This document shows positions 33,707-38,569 of a stretch of DNA of 38,569 nt, in pieces (the first letter of the stretch is position 1; every line of letters starts with the position of its first letter). Source of the DNA: a virus; the IMG/VR virus record IMGVR_UViG_3300032017_000003, positions 1 through 38,569 of that record. One strand, written 5' to 3'. Made by a program: the position numbers and the translations under genes. Below the pieces are notes generated by a model. The model saw only the letters and a program-made list of their open reading frames with translations, was not told where the DNA came from and did not search any database.

Positions 33707-34636
33707 TCAGGCATTGGGCCAGCGCTTGTCGAAGACCTTCAGCAGGTCTTTGTACTGATCGGGAGGCAGCACTTCCTGCGCTTCGTCCAGCACGAAGGCG
33801 GCCGGCTCTTGCGCGGTGGCGTTGTTGATCTCGTCGGCGAACTGGGCGTAGGTCTTGCCGCCGCCTTCGGTGATCTCGCCCGTCTCCTCGTCGACAACGC
33901 GCACCATGTCGCCTTCGATGATCGCGCCCTTGCCGGACTCGGCCGCGTGCGAAACGTCGATCGCGTTCGCGAGCTCGATGCTGGCCGGCATGTACTTGAG
34001 CACCTGCAGCAGCGCTACCTTGCGGGCGTACATCTCGAAGTTGTTCTCGCTCTCGTTGGCGTAGTGCCGGCCGCCGACCTTGTTGTACTGCTTCAGGTGC
34101 TTCGCGACCTTGGCGCGCGTCCAGACCTCGATGACGGCCATGCTCGCATCGCGCACCCGGCCGATGGCATACACGTGCGTGAACTGGTCGCCGCCCTCGC
34201 CGTCGCCCGGAACGTGCCGGCAGAACGGCGAATCGCCCAGCTGGTACTCGAACTTGTCGCCCGGGTACACGACGCCCGTCCAGACCGTGGCCCGGCCGCT
34301 GCGCGCGACCAGGTCGACAAGGCCCTTCCAGCCCGGCACGAAGGTGCAAGTCTGCTTGTACGGGATCAGGTAGCCCTGGCCGTTGATGCCGGGCTCCAGG
34401 CCCAGCTGCGCGGCCGTCATGATGGAGCCGGCGATGCTCTGCGGTGAGCACTGCTGCAGCGCCGGCGTGGTGCTGAAGGCGGTCAGCGCGAGCCGCGCCA
34501 TGCGGTCGGCGTTCATGTGCTTCGGTAGCGCCAGCGCGAGCTGCGGCTTCAGCTTGTCCATGAAGCCGGAGAACTTCGCCAGGGGGGTTTCTTCTTTGCG
34601 GCCGGTCACGGCGGCCTTGAGTGCGTTGGAGGACAT
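33707..34636 (-). CDS. recT: RecT-family single-strand annealing recombinase (309 aa)
   Basis: AAQLGLEPGINGQGYLIPY...GWKGLVDLVARSG...VYPGDKF is the RecT family pattern. It is paired with an upstream exonuclease. Confidence 0.85.
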   Translation of the reverse strand: MSSNALKAAVTGRKEETPLAKFSGFMDKLKPQLALALPKHMNADRMARLALTAFSTTPALQQCSPQSIAGSIMTAAQLGLEPGINGQGYLIPYKQTCTFVPGWKGLVDLVARSGRATVWTGVVYPGDKFEYQLGDSPFCRHVPGDGEGGDQFTHVYAIGRVRDASMAVIEVWTRAKVAKHLKQYNKVGGRHYANESENNFEMYARKVALLQVLKYMPASIELANAIDVSHAAESGKGAIIEGDMVRVVDEETGEITEGGGKTYAQFADEINNATAQEPAAFVLDEAQEVLPPDQYKDLLKVFDKRWPNA

Positions 34637-34640
34637 GGGG

Positions 34641-35624
34641 TCAGGGGCCTTTCTTCTTCAAGCGCATGACGCGCGTGGTTGTGTAAACGGTGAACTTGGC
34701 GGCGATTTCGGGTTCTGCCTCGGCAAGGGCTTTCCCATCCAGGCGGCTCGCGCTCTGCTTCTTCCACGTGGCAATTTCCTTGCCGCCGCTGGTCAGGATG
34801 GAATGCGGGCTGATGAACTCGCCGATGGTGAACTGCAGGTCTTCGGCCTTCTCGACGAGGGTCTTGATCTCGGATTTCAGCGCGGCCAGCGCGTCGACCT
34901 TTCCCGCAATCTCGGGCGTGGCTTCGACCGCCGTGCCATCGTCAGTCGGGAAAAGTGCCTTGATGTCATCGAACACCATCGGGTCCGGCGGCACGTCGGC
35001 CACGACGTGATTGATCCAGAAGTCGACCAGCCGAGGCCGCATGCCGGCGATCGTCTCGTCGTCGCGCACCGTCCAGTAGATGTCGACATCGTCGAAGCTG
35101 CGCAGCGCCGCGACCAGGCAGTAGCGCCGGCCGGTGACCATCAGCCCGTGCATGAACTGGGCCGCGTACTCGATCGGCACGTCCTCGGTGTTCTCGGTGC
35201 CCCACTTCTTGCGCGCGAAGCCGGTGACGCTCTTGGCGTCTGCGTTCACGTGCTCGCCGGCGAACTCGACCATGTTGAAGCCGATCATCAGCTTGCCGGT
35301 AAGCCGCAGCTCGAAGTCGATCTCGCAGGACAGGAAGCCGTGCTCGCTGTCGATGTAGCGCGCGTTGCAGTCCAGCAGTTCGACCTCCATGCCATCGGCG
35401 CGGAGCTTGTCGATCACCATGTCGCGAATGAACGGCTCCAGACGGTGGCCGCGGTCGAAGCGCTTCAGCTGCGCAGCGTCTGGCAGCGGCTTGGACTTGC
35501 GGCCGGTCTTCTCGAGCCACAATTCGACGGGCGTTGCCCAAGGACTCAGCCCCATCACGGCAGCGGCATCGCTGCCGCCGAGGAACTTCGAGCGGTCGTG
35601 TTGAATCGTTGCGATGTCGGTCAT
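34641..35624 (-). CDS. YqaJ-type (lambda-Exo-like) recombination exonuclease (327 aa)
   Basis: ATG 35624 has GGAAGGA upstream. FLGGSDAAAVMGLSPWATPVELWLEKTG is the YqaJ N-terminal signature. Confidence 0.8.
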   Translation of the reverse strand: MTDIATIQHDRSKFLGGSDAAAVMGLSPWATPVELWLEKTGRKSKPLPDAAQLKRFDRGHRLEPFIRDMVIDKLRADGMEVELLDCNARYIDSEHGFLSCEIDFELRLTGKLMIGFNMVEFAGEHVNADAKSVTGFARKKWGTENTEDVPIEYAAQFMHGLMVTGRRYCLVAALRSFDDVDIYWTVRDDETIAGMRPRLVDFWINHVVADVPPDPMVFDDIKALFPTDDGTAVEATPEIAGKVDALAALKSEIKTLVEKAEDLQFTIGEFISPHSILTSGGKEIATWKKQSASRLDGKALAEAEPEIAAKFTVYTTTRVMRLKKKGP

Positions 35625-35737
35625 GGGTTCCTTCCGGATTTCTGTGAGAGGTCCGCTGCAGAGCTGAAGCGCCGTGAAGGCTTTTGCGCCTGCGAAGCAA
35701 GAGCAAACAGCCGATTTAGAGAGTGTCAGGGGCGTTT

Positions 35738-35962
35738 TCAGTTGGGCGAATGTTGGTGAGCACTCGCGTTCGATACGAGGCGCAGATTCGCTCGCAATCG
35801 GCCTGTGGAATTTTGTGCTGCACCCACTTGACAAGGAGAATCTGGGTTCTCCGAGTAAGTGAGCGGACGCTTGCGTTCCATTCCGCGCCATTCATAGGGC
35901 CACATTCCCGACACGTCGTGTACGGTATTGGCGACCCAGATGCGGAAATGCAGGTTGTCCAT
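35738..35962 (-). CDS. doubtful small ORF (74 aa); only the first 40 or so codons look coding
   Basis: ATG directly follows the upstream TGA. Third-position GC falls from about 16/20 to about 6/20 after position 35850, where the +1 frame becomes the GC3-rich frame. Confidence 0.3.
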   Translation of the reverse strand: MDNLHFRIWVANTVHDVSGMWPYEWRGMERKRPLTYSENPDSPCQVGAAQNSTGRLRANLRLVSNASAHQHSPN

Positions 35963-36091
35963 TCAATCCTCCCAAGGTGTTGGCGCACACAGCCAATCCC
36001 ACAGCGCCCGCCAGAAGCCAGGCTTCGTGCCGTTCACCTCGTCCCGGTGGCGCGCGTGGCGGGCTTCGTCGGCTGCGGGGGCGGGGGTCAT
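35963..36091 (-). CDS. hypothetical small protein (42 aa, not in the ORF track)
   Basis: ATGA overlap with the upstream gene at 36091. My own translation is MTPAPAADEARHARHRDEVNGTKPGFWRALWDWLCAPTPWED. Confidence 0.4.
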   Translation of the reverse strand: MTPAPAADEARHARHRDEVNGTKPGFWRALWDWLCAPTPWED

Positions 36092-36363
36092 GCTTCAGCC
36101 TTCACGAGTTCGGCGCGGCGCTTCTGCATCACGGCCAGTTGCTTGTCGAGCCGCACCTTTTGCAGGTTGAGTTGGTTGTGGCCTGCGGTGATGGCGTCGC
36201 TTCGGGTCGCGTGGATTGCGCTGAGCATGTAGTACTTGCCGGCGTCCGTGATGTCGCCATGATCACCAGACCATGAGCCGTAGTTCTTCACGAAGGTGAC
36301 CTTCTTCAGCTTGAAGGACGGCAGCAGAACCCAGCCGTCGTAGGGGTACGTGCGTTCGCTCAT
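36088..36363 (-). CDS. hypothetical protein (91 aa)
   Basis: ATGA coupling at 36363. The longer tracked ORF is an Arg/Pro-rich shadow. Confidence 0.6.
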   Translation of the reverse strand: MSERTYPYDGWVLLPSFKLKKVTFVKNYGSWSGDHGDITDAGKYYMLSAIHATRSDAITAGHNQLNLQKVRLDKQLAVMQKRRAELVKAEA

Positions 36364-36713
36364 TGCTCCTCCATGGTTGCGATGTCCTCCGCCCGTTCCG
36401 CGTACTGCGACGCGGCCAGCAGGCGCCACGATGCGACCTCGCTGCATTCGGAGTGCTGGAGGACGTTGACCAGCGCCCGCCACAGCGCACCGTCCGGCGC
36501 GTCCAGCAGGTCGTGCAGGCTGTCGATCAGCGACAGCTCGACCAAGTCTGCGCGGCCATCGGGATGCGGCAGGCTGAACGCGCGCAGCTTGCCCTCGCCG
36601 TTCGCCATCGCCGCCAGTAGCTCGATCTTCAGAGCATCCCGAAGCACCTCGATTCGCTCGCGCTGCAGGCGGTTGCGCTCGGTGTCGGCGTCGGCGCGAT
36701 CCAGCGGATTCAT
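36360..36713 (-). CDS. hypothetical protein (117 aa)
   Basis: ATG 36713 is preceded by GGAGG. An alternative ATG at 36755 would be ATGA-coupled to the HNH gene and would read through a C9 tract. Confidence 0.6.
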   Translation of the reverse strand: MNPLDRADADTERNRLQRERIEVLRDALKIELLAAMANGEGKLRAFSLPHPDGRADLVELSLIDSLHDLLDAPDGALWRALVNVLQHSECSEVASWRLLAASQYAERAEDIATMEEQ

Positions 36714-36751
36714 GCGGCCTCCTGGGGGGGGGAGGCGGTAATCGAAATGGT

Positions 36752-37270
36752 TCATATCGTGCATCCTTCGTGAAGCAGCCGCTTGGCTGCGATGTATGCG
36801 GCGTGCGCCGCATCTGCGGTAGCGAAATAGCCGAGGCACTTTTTCTTGCCGGCTGTTGTGATCTGCGCCATGTAGCGAGCCCGAACCCTTCCGGGAATCA
36901 GCGTCACGCCGAGGAATCCAGAGGCGTTGTTGGCTTGCGCTGAGCGCCTGTTCTGGAGGTTCACACTCTGGTTCACGCCCCTCAGGTTCAACCATGCGTT
37001 GTTCGACGGATTGGTGTCGATGTGATCAACCTGATCCGATGGCCATTCGCCGTTGACCCACAGGAAAGCGAGCCGATGCGCCCAGTAGTCGCGTGCATCC
37101 ACCGAGATCTGCACGTAACCACTTTTCTTGATGGATCCTGCTAAGTCGCCCGGGTGGCAGTGCCCGGCCCTGACCAACCGCGTGAATTGGCCGGTTTCCT
37201 TGTTGTACGACAGAAGCTCCCGCAGGCGAGTCGCCGTCAGCTCCGGAGCCATATCAGTCGGTCGACCCAT
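36752..37270 (-). CDS. HNH (HNH_3-type) endonuclease with an AP2 DNA-binding domain, homing-endonuclease-like (172 aa)
   Basis: VDHIDTNPSNNAWLNLR plus GFLGVT...RYMAQITTAGKKKCLGYFATADAAHAAYIAAK. Confidence 0.8.
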   Translation of the reverse strand: MGRPTDMAPELTATRLRELLSYNKETGQFTRLVRAGHCHPGDLAGSIKKSGYVQISVDARDYWAHRLAFLWVNGEWPSDQVDHIDTNPSNNAWLNLRGVNQSVNLQNRRSAQANNASGFLGVTLIPGRVRARYMAQITTAGKKKCLGYFATADAAHAAYIAAKRLLHEGCTI

Positions 37271-37728
37271 CAGAACCTCGCCTCCATACTCAGGTGCAGT
37301 ACGGTCCGCGATTTCACCAAGTGACCCGGCACCAGCGTGAGCCGAGGCGTGACGCCCATCACTTGCACAGGCGACGCGATGGACAGGGCGGACAGCGGGC
37401 CGAAGTAGCCCCGCGACCAGCCCTCACCGTTCTTGCGCTGATACGAGCCGATGACCCCGAGCGTCAAGTTGACAGGCCCGTAGAGGCTGAATGTCTGCCC
37501 GATGTACGGCGCATTCCTGCGGATCGTGCTGCGGTACATGCCGATCGTCAGGCCCGTCTCGGTGCGCACATACAGACCCCAGTTCTGATTCGAGTCGCTC
37601 TCCTTCGCCGGCACGTGCACCGAGTGGACATGCAGCCCGACGGTCAGCGGCTCGGCGTGCGCGCACATGCCAAGCCCGATGCCGACCAGCACGAGGCACA
37701 GGACGGCGAGAATGCGGTGCGGATTCAT
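37270..37728 (-). CDS. secreted small outer-membrane beta-barrel-like protein (152 aa)
   Basis: Signal peptide MNPHRILAVLCLVLVGIGLGMCAHA|EP. The pattern alternates between hydrophobic and polar residues, and the C-terminal residue is Phe (..MEARF). Confidence 0.6.
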   Translation of the reverse strand: MNPHRILAVLCLVLVGIGLGMCAHAEPLTVGLHVHSVHVPAKESDSNQNWGLYVRTETGLTIGMYRSTIRRNAPYIGQTFSLYGPVNLTLGVIGSYQRKNGEGWSRGYFGPLSALSIASPVQVMGVTPRLTLVPGHLVKSRTVLHLSMEARF

Positions 37729-37967
37729 GATTGCCCCTCCAGTTGATCAAACCCCGTGATCGCCTCGCCGCTGAACCGCCGATCCTTCGCCTTGTGCGCG
37801 CGCAGGATCAGCATGTTCTTCGTGGCGTCGTCTGCGCTCACGATGGCGGCACGGATGTCGGCTGCGGCACGCGCATGCCAGTCGCGATCCTTGATGTTGC
37901 AGATCTCCGATTCGGTCTCGTGTCGTTGCGCAAGCATGCTCAGCCTCATTGCGAGTTCGGGGCTCAT
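37725..37967 (-). CDS. hypothetical protein (80 aa)
   Basis: GAAGGAAA ribosome-binding site upstream of ATG 37967. ATGA-coupled to the next gene. Confidence 0.6.
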   Translation of the reverse strand: MSPELAMRLSMLAQRHETESEICNIKDRDWHARAAADIRAAIVSADDATKNMLILRAHKAKDRRFSGEAITGFDQLEGQS

Positions 37968-37985
37968 GGCGTTTCCTTCGGTAGA

Positions 37986-38569
37986 TCAGTAGGCTTCAGC
38001 CTCGGCCTTGGTGATGAAGAAGTGGATGCCTGGTGCGCATTCCTCTTGCCAGTCCTCGCTGAACGAATTCGGCTTGACGCGCTGGCCGACACGGTATTCC
38101 GTCTTGTCGTCGTGACGGCTGATAGCGACTTCTGCGCCGATGATCTCCAGCACGTCGGCGAACTCTGCTCGGCACTTGCGGCCGAAGGCATGCGAGCGTT
38201 TCGCTTCTTCAGGAATGCGCAGCTTCACGATCACGTTGTTATTGCATTTCTTCCAGCCGATCAGCGAACCCTCCGGGAGGATGCGGGTCGCTGCAATGGC
38301 CAAATCAGCATCCTTGGCGCCGCTCAGGTTGGCGCCGCTCAGGTTGGCGCCGCTCAGGTTGGCGTCGCTCAGGTTGGCGCCGCTCAGGTTGGCGTCGCTC
38401 AGGTTGGCGCCGCTCAGGTTGGCGCCGCTCAGGTTGGCGTCGCGCAGATAGGCGTCGCGCAGATAGGCGTCGCTCAGGTAGGCGTCGCGCAGGTTGGCGT
38501 CGCGCAGGTTGGCGTCGCGCAGGTTGGCGCCGCTCAGGTTGGCGTCGCTCAGGTTGGCGCCGCTCAGGT
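37986..38569 (-). CDS. pentapeptide-repeat protein, 3' part: repeats plus a 105-aa globular C-terminal domain (stop at 37986..37988)
   Basis: The frame is open from 38569 down. It reads 17 A(N/Y)L(S/R)(G/D) units, then [60 protein letters not shown]...[14 protein letters not shown]. Confidence 0.85.
   Translation of the reverse strand, partial: LSGANLSDANLSGANLRDANLRDANLRDAYLSDAYLRDAYLRDANLSGANLSGANLSDANLSGANLSDANLSGANLSGANLSGAKDADLAIAATRILPEGSLIGWKKCNNNVIVKLRIPEEAKRSHAFGRKCRAEFADVLEIIGAEVAISRHDDKTEYRVGQRVKPNSFSEDWQEECAPGIHFFITKAEAEAY
38316..38569. repeat. tandem 15-nt repeat array, 16 full units plus 9 nt, same family as 1..210
   Basis: Units start at 38321, 38336 ... 38546, with a partial unit at 38561..38569. 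Variants include CGCGCAGATAGGCGT (twice) and CGCTCAGGTAGGCGT. Confidence 0.97.

Noticed and set aside
37270-37728. PagL-type lipid A deacylase assignment for the beta-barrel-like protein, based on an H-L-S triplet near the C-terminus
   Set aside because: Only five residues follow the Ser, whereas PagL as I recall it has a further strand pair carrying the catalytic Glu. The typical H.SN context is also absent. I kept the generic barrel-like call.
38140-38451. Plus-strand ORF translating to [11 protein letters not shown]...
   Set aside because: It is the antisense reading of the pentapeptide-repeat array. It has no independent start context.

Overview
This high-GC window reads as a complete, circularly permuted dsDNA phage genome of about 38.5 kb, not a chromosomal segment. 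One minus-strand gene (a pentapeptide-repeat protein) is split across the two window ends. It rejoins in frame and in repeat register, so the sequence closes on itself. Two divergent transcription arms leave a control region at 992..1125. The rightward arm (1126..28344) carries early and replication genes: a Cro/YdaS-like regulator, an HNH nuclease, a Fis-type HTH protein, a replication organiser with an internal repeat cluster, a gp4/DnaB-type helicase and a PD-(D/E)XK nuclease. An HslV-like Ntn hydrolase follows. Then comes a morphogenesis block that, from my recollection of the P22 proteins, is syntenic with P22. Its order is small and large terminase, gp1-like portal, scaffold, gp5-like coat, gp4-like adaptor, gp10-like hub, needle/fibre, gp14-position GNAT-like protein, gp7/gp20/gp16-like ejection proteins and tailspike. 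A lysis cassette ends this arm, with three membrane proteins, an M15 endolysin and an embedded Rz/Rz1 spanin pair. The leftward arm runs from 991 across the window junction down to 28827. It carries small early genes, the pentapeptide-repeat protein, a secreted beta-barrel protein, an HNH-AP2 nuclease, a YqaJ-exonuclease/RecT module, an internal promoter/operator with an untracked 44-aa regulator, and several orphan proteins including a 616-aa mosaic. The arms converge on a lower-GC gap of about 480 nt (28345..28826) with no convincing ORF. Most genes are translationally coupled through ATGA, GTGA or TGATG overlaps. I found no integrase, CI-type repressor, tRNA, CRISPR array or reverse transcriptase. 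All homology statements rest on motifs read by eye and on memory of reference proteins; no searches were run.
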